A stretch of 64,000 nucleotides of DNA from contig OX597829.1 of the NCBI GenBank assembly GCA_951406725.2, positions 12,090,001-12,154,000 on the forward strand. The letters run 5' to 3'. This document shows positions 1 to 14,636 of this stretch, in pieces. Below the pieces are notes generated by a model. It saw only the letters and a list, made by a program, of their open reading frames with translations, had not been told where the DNA came from and did not search any database. This stretch comes from Octopus vulgaris (taxonomy: Eukaryota). Within the stretch, counting starts at the first letter, position 1, and each line of letters begins with the position of its first letter. The translations under genes were made by a program, and so were the position numbers.

Positions 1-435
1 CCAGCAGAGTAATAGAGGTAAGCGTCCCCACTGATAAAAATGTATCTGTAAAGGAATTTGACAAACTTAGTAAATATAAGGAACTGGAAATCGAAATACA
101 AAAGATGTGGAATCTTAAAACAAAAACTCTTCCTGTTATTGTAGGTGCCCTAGGTATGATAAAAAAGGGATGTCAGAAACACCTAGACAATATCACTGGA
201 GAACCATGTCTCAAGGAAATCCAAAAGATTGTGCTAACAAGAACTGCCCACATCCTTAGAAAAACCTATCAATGTAAATGTTTGTGTTTGTATTACATGG
301 AGATATTTCTCTACTTCCCCTCCCCAAGCTTTCAGCTATATTTCAACAACTCTTAACCTTCACTTGCCCTAGGGCGCTGGGTGTGCCCCGGCAAGTGATT
401 GCATCAAACATGCAGATTAAAAGTAAATGACAGTA
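1..435 (+). mobile_element. R4/Dong-like non-LTR retrotransposon, 3' end (RLE endonuclease C-terminus and 3' UTR)
   Basis: Reads IEVSVPTDKNVSVKEFDKLSKYKELEIEIQKMWNLKTKTLPVIVGALG, an RLE motif of the R4 clade. The 3' UTR runs directly into (AAT)n. Confidence 0.85.
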
Positions 436-437
436 AC

Positions 438-514
<77 letters not shown>

Positions 515-558
515 TAATAATAATAATAATAACGATGATGATGATGATGATGATAATG

Positions 559-638
<80 letters not shown>
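436..638. repeat. (AAT)n/(GAT)n microsatellite
   Basis: Directly visible. Confidence 0.98.
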
Positions 639-2314
<1,676 letters not shown>

Positions 2315-4725
2315 AAGTAAGATACGACCAAAGAATGAAGGGTTATTCAGCAGAATAGGTTATTCAGAGTAGATCAGAAAAGATTCTATAAATAAATATA
2401 TGGAGGGCGTACAGATGAAAAGTTGATACTAGATAACATTGAAAGTCAAGGGTTTTTAAGTGACATCTGGAGCAAAGGCAAAGAGCACAAGAAGGATGCT
2501 GAATGGTTGAAAGAACTGAAACAAACAGACGAAACTAGTCATTTCAGTTAAGGAAGTGAATCAGCAAAAAAATGAGCAACTGGAAGGCCCCGGGAGCAGA
2601 TGGAGTTAAAGGCTACTAGATCAAAACATTTGTTGAATGTCATGCACGAATAGCTGCGCAACTCAACACCATTTAAATCCCGACCAAGTAACACCAGAGT
2701 GGTTGACATTGGGTAGGACAGTGCTGTGCCTGGAAAACATCGAGAAAAGCAATACGGTAGACAATTACAGGCCGATATCCTGTTTGCCACTTATGTGGAA
2801 ATTATTAACTGGAATACTCGCAGAGTTAACGTACGGACATTTGGAAAAAATGGAGTCCTGCCACATGAGCAGAAGGGTTGCAAGCGTAAGTGCAGATGTA
2901 CCGAGGATCAACTCCTGATAGACAAAACTGTACTTAGAGATTGCAAGAGGGGGAAAAGTAACTTAGCCATGTCATGGATCGACTATCGTAAGGTGTACGA
3001 TATGATCCCACATTCTTGGATTACGGAGTGTATGAAGCTATTTGGTATTACATCCAATGTTGAGTGATTGCTTGGAGAAAGTATGGCGAATTGGAGGACG
3101 GACCTGACAGCATACGTAAGAAGTTTAGGGACAGTAACAAATCAGGAGGGGCATCTTCCAAGGGGACTGCCACTGAGCTTTGTACTGTGCTTGATACCAC
3201 TAACACTGATTCTGAGGAAAGCAAAAGCTGAGTATGTATTCAAAAGCCGCTAACAAAGAGTCAACCATTTGTTATTCATGGACGACCTCAAACTTTATGG
3301 TAAGGATGAAGCCCAAGTCAGTTCCCTCGTTGATTCAGTGTATACCTTCAGTGCTGATACCAGAATGGAGTTCGGACTGAGAAAGTGTGATGTATTAGTC
3401 TTGAAGAGAAGCAAAATTAAATGTTTGGACGGGCTAACGATACCGTCGGGGGAGGTTATGAAGCAGATAGAAGAGACGAGCTATAAGTACTTGGGGATTT
3501 TGGAAATGGATAAATTGATGGAGAAAGAAATGATAGAAAAATTTAAGGAGGAGTACAGACTGAAACTGATCCTTAAGTCGAAATTAAACGGACGGAATAA
3601 GATTGAAGCTATGAAAACCTGGGCGGTTTCACTCCTTAGATATGGAGCAGGGGTAATCGCATGGACAGTAGACGAACTAAACAGCTTAGACAGAAAGACA
3701 AGGAAGTTGCTAACTAGATATGGGTCACACCGCCCAAAAATTGAGAGACAGACTGTATGTACCAAGAAAAAGAAGAGGACTTATTGCATACGAACACAGC
3801 ATTAGAGCAGAAAAAACAACATAGCATGGTATGTAATAAATGCCACAGAACGGCTATTATTAGAAGTAAGAAGATCAGGCTTGTGTAGGATGAAAGACTG
3901 CAAAGATAAAGCACTGTACAAGCAATTGAAAACAAATAAAACTGAAAACAGATGGGTAAAGTAAAGAATGTATGGTCAATTTCATAGGAATGTTGATGAT
4001 AAGACAGACACAGAAAAAAGATGGCTGTGGATGACTAAAAGTGATTTAAAACCGAAAACGGAGGCTCTAATCTGTGCTGCCTAAGAACAAGCACTAAGAA
4101 CAAACTACATAAAATACAGAATAGACAACACATCATAAACTCATAAGTGCAGAATCTGTGGACAAAAGACAGTAAAACCGTATGGCATATTATCAGCCAA
4201 TGTACGCCAATAGCCAAGAAGGAATATAGGAGACGCCACGTCAATATAGCCAGGCTTGTCCATTGGACACTTTGCAACAAGTATGGACTTGATAGAACAA
4301 AAATTGGTACCCGAAGGCATTGTCGAAAATAGAAATGCAAAGATCCTATGGGATTTTATGATTCAGTGCGACCATGAGATTGAGAATAGGAAGCCCAGCA
4401 GAAAACAAGGTATGCGATAAGGAAGAAAGAAAAGTTGCAGATATGAGAAGTTAACTTGGGAAGTTAAGCAGCTGTGGTCGATGAAAAAGGTAGTAGTAAT
4501 ACCAATAATTGTCGGAGCCCTGGGAGAGTGAGCAAAAATCTCGAGAAGTACGTGGAACAAAATAGGGACTGCAATAAGGGTGGAGCACTTGCAGAAAACA
4601 GTACAGCTTGGAACCGCTCGAATACTCCGGAAGGTGCTCGGAAAATAAGAGGTGTTACTTTAGTTCACTGGTAGTGAATAGCTGACACTGTAGTACATCT
4701 CCAGCGTTAGACGCTGTGCAAAGGC
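2315..4725 (+). mobile_element. Decayed R4/Dong-like LINE, second subfamily (RT and RLE)
   Basis: Motifs [52 protein letters not shown] and PIIVGALG. Many stops and frameshifts. 3' end followed by (AAT)n(GAT)n. Confidence 0.9.
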
Positions 4726-4738
4726 AATAATAATAATA

Positions 4739-4833
<95 letters not shown>

Positions 4834-4995
4834 GAGGATGAGGATGATGATGATAATAATAATAATTAATAATAATAATAAAAATAATAACAACAACAAA
4901 AGGGCAAACGATTAAAAGTAACAACAACAACAACAAACACCAACACCAACAACAACAACAGCAACAACAATAATAATGACAATATTAATAATAAA
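4726..4995. repeat. (AAT)/(GAT)/(AAC) microsatellites
   Basis: Directly visible. Confidence 0.95.
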
Positions 4996-5199
4996 CAATG
5001 GAATAACAACAACAGAAACGGCCTCTTCCTCAACAAAACCGCAATAAAATAAAAATTTCATCTTCGTTGTTAGTGAATTTTCTGAGATTAATGCCTGTTG
5101 TTTGATCTCAACTATATTAACATTTGTTTAAACAAGCATTCCGATTAACGAACCATTTTTCGCTTTCCATTCTGTATCCCGCGCCATTAATGCTTAAAA

Positions 5200-5610
5200 C
5201 CCATCATCACACATCTATATCATCATCATCGTCATCATCAACCACCACCACCACCATCATAATCATCATCACCATCACCATCACCACCACTATCATCACT
5301 ATTGTCTTTGCCATCACTTTCACCACCACCACCATCACTATCACCATCATCATCTCCATGGCATCCTCATCGATAACTGACAACACGACATCGTCATAAC
5401 TACCACCAAATCACGTCCGCCACCATCACCTAATAACTACGTCACTGTTAACTACCACCATTATTATTATCAACATCACAACCAGTTTCATCGTTGCAAT
5501 CACCAACTTCACCATCCATACAGTGGTCTCAGCCATCACCGTCACCACCGCCATCACTGTTAGCACCATCAGTTGAACAATTACCACAACCATTACCATC
5601 ACTATCACCA
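5200..5610. repeat. Degenerate CAT/CAC low-complexity tract
   Basis: Directly visible. Confidence 0.9.
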
Positions 5611-5614
5611 CGAA

Positions 5615-5815
5615 ATCAAGGTTTATGGTTTAGCGTGTGGCGGTGGAGACATCTGGCGTTCTTGTCTCCCGGACCATATCCCTGTTCATCGCAATTGGGG
5701 CGATGTCTGTCAGCAAGTACGAGTTCAGTGAGTCTGAGTGTCTGTTTCAGCGTATCTCTCTCGCCATCTTCCGGGCAACGCCTTTTCCATTTTGTCTGCT
5801 GGGACCATATGGCGG
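5615..5815 (+). mobile_element. CRE-like non-LTR retrotransposon RLE C-terminal fragment
   Basis: AVETSGVL...LFQRISLAIFR resembles the CRE-clade C-terminal pattern (AVETxG...LxQRxSLAxxRGN). Confidence 0.65.
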
Positions 5816-5899
5816 TCTGAATTACAAGCTAACAACTACAACAAAAACTACAAAGTTTGGGTCATCTGGGATACCTGAGATGCTGTAACACTGTCTTAA

Positions 5900-6300
5900 C
5901 AAAATCATAAAAGCATGACCTAGACTCCACAGGCTTCCCTTCCCAGATCGAGCTAGCGGAGTTACATCGAGAAGACGGTAAATGGTTGGACGTTATGACA
6001 ATTTTTCCGTTCCGTGGCGGTAGGACCCTCATCTGAGTTGCAACATGCTGTGAGACCTTCTTCAGCGGCAACTTGCAGCATTTAGCTACCAGCCCAGACT
6101 CCGCTGCTCGTTAGGTTGAGAAAAGTAAACTGTCATGGTATATGTTGCTCTCCGACAGGTTTATGGTCGAGCCTGTGGCAGTAGAGACGTCTGGCGTTCT
6201 CAGCCTCCGGACCGAGAACGGGCCGCTATCGGGGCGGAAATGGCTGTTCGCCATCCTCAAGAGAAACGCTTTCTCCCTTTCGCCTGCTGGGACAATATGG
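5900..6300 (+). mobile_element. CRE-like RLE fragment
   Basis: Reads LDSTGFPSQIE...REDGKWLDVMTIFPFRGGRTLI*VATCCETF...EKSKLSWY..LSDRFMVEPVAVETSGVL, a decayed DGKRPDG..WDAT..K..KY pattern. Confidence 0.75.
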
Positions 6301-6919
6301 TGATTATGCACAAGAAGATGCTACTAGCTATTAAAAACTCCTATGAAATAAAGATGAGGGGAAAATCTGAAGAGAAAATCATTTCTGACGCTCGTCTTGT
6401 GATTGCATTTTAGCATCCGCCATAAAGCCAAACATAGCAGATATTGTTTCAATAGCTTTTTGTAACGTTAATAATGTTTGAAGTGTTATATATTGTTGAT
6501 TTTGTTTGATGTGTTATTGCGTATCATTATTAATGTTTTATGTATAGCTGATTGTGTTTGATATTTTGTTGTTGCAGTTATTATTATGTTGGTTTTGTTA
6601 TTAAGTCGAATGATTTCTTTTCGTTTACGTGCCCGTTTCTTATTTGTTGAACGTTATTTATTATTGTAAACAATATTTCATGCATAATAAAGAACAGGGG
6701 AACATAAAATACATACTTAGTCGTACTTACTGGCAATTTCAATGACATCATTCTGTTGATCTTCGATTCTGCTATATATTGATAGATTATTTTCAACGAT
6801 TATGCAATTCTCTTCTAGAAACCATCTTCTCATTCCACCCGGTATTGTATTTTTCATATAACTTAGATTTCGAAGTGGTAGTGGTGGCGATGGTTGTGGT
6901 AATTATGGTATTGATGATA

Positions 6920-7080
6920 CCGTGGCAGTTTGCTTTTCTAAGCCTGACGAGTAACGGAGCCTGGACTGGTAGCTGAACACAGCAAGTTGCCACTGGAGAA
7001 GATGTCACAGTATGTGGCATCCCAGATGAGGGACTTACCGATACGAAACAGGAAAATTGTTGTTGTTTTCTTGTAATTCA
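6920..7080 (-). mobile_element. CRE-like RLE fragment
   Basis: Minus strand reads FRIGKSLIWDATYCDIFSSGNL and is homologous to 6020-6140. Confidence 0.7.
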
Positions 7081-7084
7081 GACT

Positions 7085-7350
7085 GCCTCATGGTCCCAGT
7101 AAGCAAAATAGAATTGGTGTGGTCCCAGTTGATGGCAAGAGAGATGCGCTGAAACAGCTACTCTGACTCACGGGGCTCGATAACAGCGAGGAGGGATCTG
7201 GTCCGAGGGCCAAGAACACCACAGGCTTGGCCATGAACCTGTCAGAGAGCGGCCGATATCTTGACAGTTTGTTTTTCTCACTCTGATAAGCAACGGGGCT
7301 TGGGATGGTAGTTGAACATGGCAAGCTGCCGCTGAAGAAGGTGGATGCAA
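7085..7350 (-). mobile_element. CRE-like RLE fragment
   Basis: Minus strand reads TFFSGSL...EKNKLSRYRPLSDRFMAKPV and is homologous to 6055-6180. Confidence 0.7.
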
Positions 7351-8159
7351 TCACTAAACGAGCGACAGAAACGATTTTCCTTTCAGAAGATTAATCATTA
7401 ACCGACACAAATTCGCAAAAACTAAAAATAGTTTCGAGGTGTTATATAAGGTACTTAAACCAGAAATATAAGCAATGGACCACCCTTGGGTACATCATCA
7501 TCCCATTAAATGTGTTTATGAGGAGAAACATATTGAAAAACATCAATATATGTCAGAGTGACAAAGAAGCGGGGAAGTATCAGGTGGTCGTGAGATGTGC
7601 TAAAAGTAAAGTTAATCACCATAAATCACACAATTTTTCTTTATAATCGTATGAATTCTCGTGTGTTGAACACAAATTGGCAAAAGATTTCCGAAAATTC
7701 AAAAAATAAAACAATTACGATATGAGGTGCTTAAACCTGAATTCCGCCGAAACTAAAGGACATGCTAACCGGACCCTGACTCTCTGTACATTGGCAGAAG
7801 ACGAAAGAGTTTCGATGGAGTGTATTTGATCATAAATTTTATTCAGTGAGAGCAAACTTTGGGGCTGCATAACAATAATGGACTAAAAGTAAAGGATGGT
7901 GCCAAGCAACACACACACACACACACCGACAGACAGACATACATCAACTGTAACGAATGAAACTCAAGAAACTAAGGAAATGACAATTAAAATATAACAA
8001 GTCACAACAAAAACAAAAAATTCCTCTAGACCAGTTAATACATATCAAAACCCAGTCCCAATAAAATATATATCAATAACCAATCGTAACAAAACAATGG
8101 ATTGCATTACATGTCAATAAATATTGACAAAATAAGAAATATATTTCAAGAAAGATGAG

Positions 8160-8880
8160 TGGCTGTATAGCAGTGCCGAAAGCTGCGTGAGAGTGAACGG
8201 GAATGACTCTGATTGGTTTCTCATCAACAGCGGGTTCAGACAGGGCTATGTAGCCGCTCCCGACCACTTCAACTGTGTCATCGCTTATCTGATGACCAAG
8301 GTCTGTGAACGAGTGCCAGGCGTTACCCTCGGGAATTACCACCTTCCCGACCTGGAGTATGCGGACGATACCACGCTATTCAGCAACTTTATTGACCAGC
8401 TCAGGGACGCACTAACCTTATACTGAGAAGAATCAGCAAAGTTTGTCCTTCAGGTGTGTTGGGCGTAGACCAAGCTGATGCATATCAGATATAGCCCGGA
8501 TCCCCCTCCACATTGGCTCTCACGTCGTGGAGTTTATCAGCTCCTTCATCAATATGTGCTCAACAGTCCACAACAATAGAAACATGACTCCGGATACCAA
8601 CCTCTTGCACTGCTTCTCTATCTCCCTGAAGACAAAGCTATGCATCTTCGAGCAAGGATCCTCTCCATTATCCTCCGTGGAACAGAAATGTGGCTCCTCT
8701 CGAAGACTCTGGCAAAGAGGATCGACGACTTCAATAGCAAAACCCTGAGAACCATCGAAAACACCAAAACTTTTCCAGTAAAGAACTACGTGCAGAAAGG
8801 CAGGCACGGGACTACCAGTGATAGAGAGCACTGATGGACGTGGTCGGCTCTACGCATGACAACGTCTCTGGCACCACTAA
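8160..8880 (+). mobile_element. Decayed RTE-clade LINE RT fragment
   Basis: VRVNGNDSDWFLINSGFRQG...LEYADDTTLF, then ILSIILRGTEMWLL. Confidence 0.8.
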
Positions 8881-9276
8881 CTTGGGATGATCCTAGCCCT
8901 ATCAATTAAGAGCATGAAACAAAGAAAAAAAGAAAAACAAACCAACGTAAAAAGCAAGATGAGTGGAGAGCAAAAAAAATGTAAGAAAAAAGAATAAAAA
9001 ATATGAAAGTGACCATGACAAAACAATTTAACGTGGACCAATGGAAATATTGTCCAATTTTGACACAATAATAAGCAAATGTGTCCTTTCAGAAACAATA
9101 TTTCCAATGAAATAACTCAAAACATCAAATAATTTGTTTTATTTCAATGAACATGCAACAAACTATTCTGCACTAATAACCATGAAATATACTCATATTG
9201 GCTTTTTGGTGCAAAATGCTCTCCTGTTTTTCTCGCTAGCGGAGAGTTAAATCTTCGTTACCTTCAGTGCCGAAAT

Positions 9277-9321
9277 CACCAGCTCACGTGATTTCGACCT
9301 TCTTTGGTCTTGCCAATGATG
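9277..9321 (-). ncRNA. Decayed type I hammerhead ribozyme relic
   Basis: Minus strand: CATCA-[TTGGCAA]-GACC aaagaa GGTC-GAAA-TCACGTGA-GC-TGGTG. Stems I and II and the palindromic stem III are retained, but the CUGANGA core and UH site are mutated. Confidence 0.5.
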
Positions 9322-9896
9322 GACAATTGACTGCTAGAGGCAGCAGCGACTCATCTCCCCGCCAGTGATATATAGATTGACAGCACCAAAATAGGTGCTG
9401 GTGCTGCGATGAGTCAGTTAGCTTGTTAAACACGCACGCACACTCACACACACACACACACATACATTAGCAATAGAGACGTATTGATATAGAGAGGAGA
9501 AATATTAAAATAATCGGAAAAAAAAATGCTGGATCAAACAATTACGAAAATGCGGACGCCCCTTCAACAAAATTTTTATTTCAAACAAGCAGTTATTTAA
9601 AATTGCTTAATCAAAATAAGAATCTAAGTATAATATGGGTTGTTTGGCACCAAACCTACCATTCTTGGACATCGGTAGTATTGTTTATAAACAATACTAA
9701 AACAGGTTACCAAATTGCGCCATGTAAAAACGGAGGACTTCAATAAAGCAAGTTAAAGAGATGATAATACAAAATATCTTTACTCCAAGAATTATGAGAC
9801 TTCTTTGAGGGGACTCTTTCTCTCTCCACTTCATATTTGATGTCTAGTCTTAACTTCGTTAATAAACTGAGGAAAGACGCAATAATGGTGCCAATT

Positions 9897-10148
9897 GCAT
9901 GGCCGTGTGGTAAAACGTTTGCTTCCCAACCACATGGGTTTAGTCCCATAACGTGATACCTACTATAGCCTTGACAACCGGTGTTGGCATGTTTTACATC
10001 CCCGTAACTTAACGGTTCCGCAAAAGAGATTGATAAAATAAGTACCAAGCTTTAAAAATATAAAAAAAGTACTGGATCGATTCATTCGACTAAAAATTGT
10101 TCAAGGCGGTGCGCAGTCTAATGACTGAAACAAGTAAAAGATAAAAAA
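9897..10148 (+). mobile_element. tRNA-derived SINE (family A), internally deleted
   Basis: Head GGCCGTGTGGTAA...CCAACCACATGG and tail ATGACTGAAACAAGTAAAAGA. Recurs many times in the window. Confidence 0.85.
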
Positions 10149-10289
10149 TAATGGATAAACTTTTCTAGAGGGATGGCTTGAAATTATTTATTTGGGATAT
10201 TTTCCAAGTTGAAAAACCAACTAAAAATTGCCAGTGACTTGAACCAATACATAATAATGAATATTTGGTGTGATGAATGTGTCGAAGTA

Positions 10290-10450
10290 GCTACAAGAGA
10301 TAACGACATGTTCCTGCTCTCCAGCCATGCAAAAACAATCGTCGTGATCGAGCTCACAGTGCCCTGGGAGGAGAGACTCAATGTTTCCCAGTAGGTAAAG
10401 AAATCGAGATATCAGGACTTAGCTTACGAGGCCCTTGACAAATGCTGGTA
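10290..10450 (+). mobile_element. Hero-like RLE retrotransposon fragment
   Basis: DMFLLSSHAKTIVVIELTVPWEE...KKSRYQDL. The ELTVPWE motif is typical of Hero-clade RLE. Confidence 0.6.
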
Positions 10451-10714
10451 TGCAAGCCTCATTCCTCATTCCATCAACATCAGTATGCTATTTCCTGCTG
10501 ATAATAGGTTTGGAAGCCAGACAACTGAAGAATTCTGGTGCATTGCAAATATCAGCTTTACTTGGAAGTGAATGCATAGTGCATAAAGTACTGACTGTCA
10601 ATTTACATCACTGTAATGGATACTGTGCGGCGTCTTCTCTCAAATTTTACTACAAACTTATAATAATTTCCTTATATTTTCTAAAACATTCTCTAGAGCA
10701 ATACTTTGTGCAAA

Positions 10715-10824
10715 ACCAAATATATGCTCCCTAGACATAACACCAAATACTTTGTTGTCTCTTGAGGTTTCTGGGTGAGACTTGTGAGTCAACTTGTACA
10801 AATACAAAGCAACTGTCAAGCATA
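10715..10824 (+). mobile_element. Isolated R4/Dong 3' UTR remnant
   Basis: Homologous to 1765-1878 (TGTTGTCTCTTGAGG..CTGGGTGAGACTTG..CAACTTGTACAAATA). Confidence 0.8.
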
Positions 10825-11156
10825 TATATATTTTTTATATAGCCAAGCCTATTCCCCATTTTTAGGAGTGGGTAGCCACTACACGACACACACCAGGTAT
10901 TTCATTCATTTTCCAGCTCAAAGAGTTGTGCCCCGTTCTATGCTCAGATCAAGGTATAGAACGCAACCCCCAATATCGGCGGCGGGGTTTGACAGCATAT
11001 ACTGGCTTACTCCAGCTGCATCGAGCAACGTCAAATTCATTCATCCGTCCATAATCAATCTCCAAGCTTTAAATGATATTAACTTCATTAATAAGTAGTG
11101 GATAGAACGCAACAATGGTGCCAATTGTTTTTGCTGCGTAGGCGCAGGCATAGCTG

Positions 11157-11826
11157 TGCCGCATATGTCATAAATTGGACGAAATCATTGCCCATATCGC
11201 GAACGAATTCCTTAGACTTCCCCCAAATCACTACAAGTTGTGGCGACATGGTGAGGTAGTGAAAGCGCTACATTGGAAACTTTACAAAAAGTGGGGGCTA
11301 GAGAGAGGCAAGGCCTGGTATGAGCACAAACTGCAGATATCGGCGGAACAGGAGACCTGCAAAATCTTCTGTGATTTCCCATTCCAATCAAATCAGGTGC
11401 TTGAGCATAATAGACCGGACCTAGTAGTGTGGATCATGAGAACCACATGTGCTATATAATTGATATTGCATGCTTCTTTGACCCACGAATATTCTAGAAG
11501 GAAGGCTAGACGTATACAACTCTCTTAAATACGAAATAACCTGGCTATGGAAAATAAAGACTGTGAAAATAGTGCCAATCATTGTTGAGTCCTTGGAGAC
11601 AGAATCAGAAGGCATCAAGAGGAATATAAAGGAAGTTGGAATAGAGTGTCCAGTAGAACTGTTATAAAAACTTTGCTTCCTTGGCACAGCCAGAATAATC
11701 AGGAGAGTATTAGACAGTTGAAAAGAACAGATAGCATGGTACTGTAGGATGCAGATAACCAGCCAATTACGCATGCAAGACTCCGGGAGTTCAAACAAGA
11801 CCTGAGTTAAAAATAACAATAATAAT
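11157..11826 (+). mobile_element. R4/Dong-like 3' fragment (third subfamily)
   Basis: RICHKLDEIIAHI...RHGEVVKALHW...HNRPDLVV...IVPIIV. Ends in an AATAAC/AAT tail. Confidence 0.8.
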
Positions 11827-12113
11827 TATTGTTACAGTGAAAAATAGACAAAGAACAACCCCAGCACTGGACTCGGAACAGAAAGTGATAGCATTTTTAA
11901 CTGTAGCGCAAGATTAACGCCACCCTAACAGAAACAATCAAAAACACGGAATGAAGTAGAATAAAATAAGTGATTGCAGAATAGGAGGTGATTGGAAAGA
12001 AATAATAGATTATATTGTTTTTGGCAGTCTAGTCTTGACTAAAAAAGAATATCATAACAGAGACGTGAATATCATGAGACAATCTTATCAGCTCGCAACA
12101 CACAGTCTGGTCT

Positions 12114-12161
12114 CTGTGACTGAGGAGGAGGTAACCACTCCGAAATGTCCGCATCTCACAG
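12114..12161 (+). ncRNA. Canonical type I hammerhead ribozyme
   Basis: CTGTGA-CTGAGGA-GGAG gtaacca CTCC-GAAA-TG tccg CA-TC-TCACAG. Perfect 6-bp stem I, 4-bp stem II, closed stem III, intact core, AUC cleavage triplet. Confidence 0.88.
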
Positions 12162-12718
12162 CCTGGATAGGGGGCGCTGCGAACTGATTTTGGTGTATCT
12201 ACACCATTTGTCAACAGCGAGAAATTTTATGGGTAATAACCTTGTTAAAAGGAATATATACACATATATGATATATACACTGGAGGGTGTATCAGTACTA
12301 TAAAAGGGCAGCAGAAAAAAAGATTGTGTCGGCATGTCCCAGAAAAGGTCCCCGAAAATGATTAAAGCAACCACACTCTGGGATGTGCCAATACATACAT
12401 TTAGAGAAATCAAGGCCAGATATTGTTTTCAGTGACCACGATGAAAAATAGATATCGTCTAATCGACATATCGGTCTCATCAGAAGATAGTGTATTAACT
12501 TTTTTATTTAAAATTCATATTTACGAAACGTTTATACATCAATCCTATTAGTATATATATGTGTATCTTCGAGCATACATTTTGTATTTGTGCATACGTA
12601 CACGAGAAAGAAAGCTGTTTGTGTTTCTGACAGTCTTTCATTCAGAAACTACAAAATGAACATTCACATAAACGGATATTTATCTATTTTGTATAGAAAC
12701 CGGTCTGTGGGCGTCAAG

Positions 12719-12879
12719 CCAGCAAAGAAAAGTTGATGATCTCCCTGTTCGAAGATTTATGGACGCAAGTTTATGCGTCATATAGCTAGCTAGAAACGAT
12801 TGCCTCTCGGAGCTAATCAGCTGCAGCATTTGTCCTATTTCTCTGGACTGCCACGTTAGTTTGGCAATAAATAGTAATA
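12719..12879 (+). mobile_element. Diverged partial copy (right arm) of the foldback element at 31957-32436
   Basis: Colinear similarity: CCTGTTCGAAG..TATAGCTAGCTAGA..GGAGCTAATCA..TGGACTGCCA..TTGGC.ATAA. Confidence 0.8.
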
Positions 12880-13362
12880 TGTATAATATTTATTTTGCGA
12901 AAAAGCGTTGAATTCTACATGAATCCATGACTGCTCAATTTTAACAACAAAAATGAACAACGACAGAAAACTGGAAGGGAATATTAAAGGCATAATTTGT
13001 TCCACTCTATCTTTCTCCATCAGTGGAGGCATAACTGTGTTAATACAAATGTTCTCAAATGCAAAAACATGAAATTGAAAGACGCGGGATTTTGTTTTTC
13101 AATGCAAAACATCGAAGTTACACAGTATAAACATGGACATATTCCCTAACACACGCACACATACACACACGTACACACGCACATACATACACAGACACAA
13201 ACAGACACACAGACAAACAAACAGACAGACAGACAGACACACTTCATCAAGGGATTCTCTCCAAAATTAAATGCTTGAAGGTGAAACGGTTAATTTGCAT
13301 TTTTTATTCCAAATGTGGCTTATCTCTACAAATGTTCAGGTGTGTAGCATTGGGATGTTCTA

Positions 13363-13427
<65 letters not shown>

Positions 13428-13778
13428 CTTCATTTTATTTAATTGTTAAAAAAATTTTAATTTGTAAATATACTAATGCTTTTTCATGCAGATCTACATT
13501 TCATCAAAAAATTCTCTCAAAAATTGAATGTTTGAAAGAGATATATTTTGTATTCTAAGAGAAAAAGAAAGAGGAAAAAAGAAAGAGGAGAAAAGAAAGA
13601 AAGAGAAAAGAGAAAAAAGAGGGGAAAAGAGACAGAAGGCAAAAAGACTTGCAGTGTTGACCACACCACACCTGTCTTTTTTGAAGAAGTAACTATCCTT
13701 AAACCCATTCCATTACACTGCTAAATGACTAAATAAATAATTGAATGGTGAATAGGAAGGTGTAACCTCCTTCTCTCT

Positions 13779-13819
<41 letters not shown>

Positions 13820-13937
13820 AACCTACATACCTACCTACATATCTACCTACATATCTACCTACATACCTAACTGCAGAACTTTATACATGCTCTCCTTCGG
13901 ATGAGCGTTCTGGAAACTGTGTTTTGTAAGCGACAGA

Positions 13938-14002
13938 CTACGCTGAAGAGTTTGCAGGTATTTACATTCGTAAATATCAACAAACGAAATCATGGTCCGT
14001 AG
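13938..14002 (+). ncRNA. Type I hammerhead ribozyme with extended stem II
   Basis: CTACG-CTGAAGA-GTTTG..(gtatttac attc gtaaatat)..CAAAC-GAAA-TCATGG-TC-CGTAG. Perfect 5-bp stems I and II, GUC site. Confidence 0.88.
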
Positions 14003-14254
14003 ATAACGTTTTTTTTCTTATTTCGTATATTTTCATTTGTCTTGCTCATTTTTACATTCTGGCGTTTGTTGAAATTTTTCTTGAGAACACAATCTTCGTG
14101 GTAAGGCGATTTGACGTCTATCTTTAGCATATTGGGAATCCACTTTGGATTCCTCTTAATTTGTATGTAATATGATTTTTAATCTTCGGATTTTTAAAAT
14201 ATGCTAAGTCACTGGATTTTTTTGATTAATATCAATTTCTACCCTCATTATTTA

Positions 14255-14324
<70 letters not shown>

Positions 14325-14514
14325 CGTGTGTATGTGTATATATATATATATATATATTCATATATCGTGACGTATATTTGCCATTTGAATATGGCTAACC
14401 CCTAAGGGTGGATGCTACTGTAGTTTGTAGCCCCAGGAAGACACCTCCTCCAGCTGGCTATAGACACACTTTCTGTGCCCTATCAGTATATATGAAGGGA
14501 AGTCATCCTTCCTA

Positions 14515-14552
<38 letters not shown>

Positions 14553-14636
14553 CATCCATACATATATATATATAGATAAATAGACAGAGAGATAGGAATA
14601 CTGAGCGGTAAATAGGTAGACCCATATACCCATATA

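Noticed and set aside
6793-7350. Repeated peptide VQLPxQAPLLxRxRKxNC as a novel domain
   Set aside because: It is an alternative frame of the CRE-like RLE fragments and has a stop in the 6050 copy.
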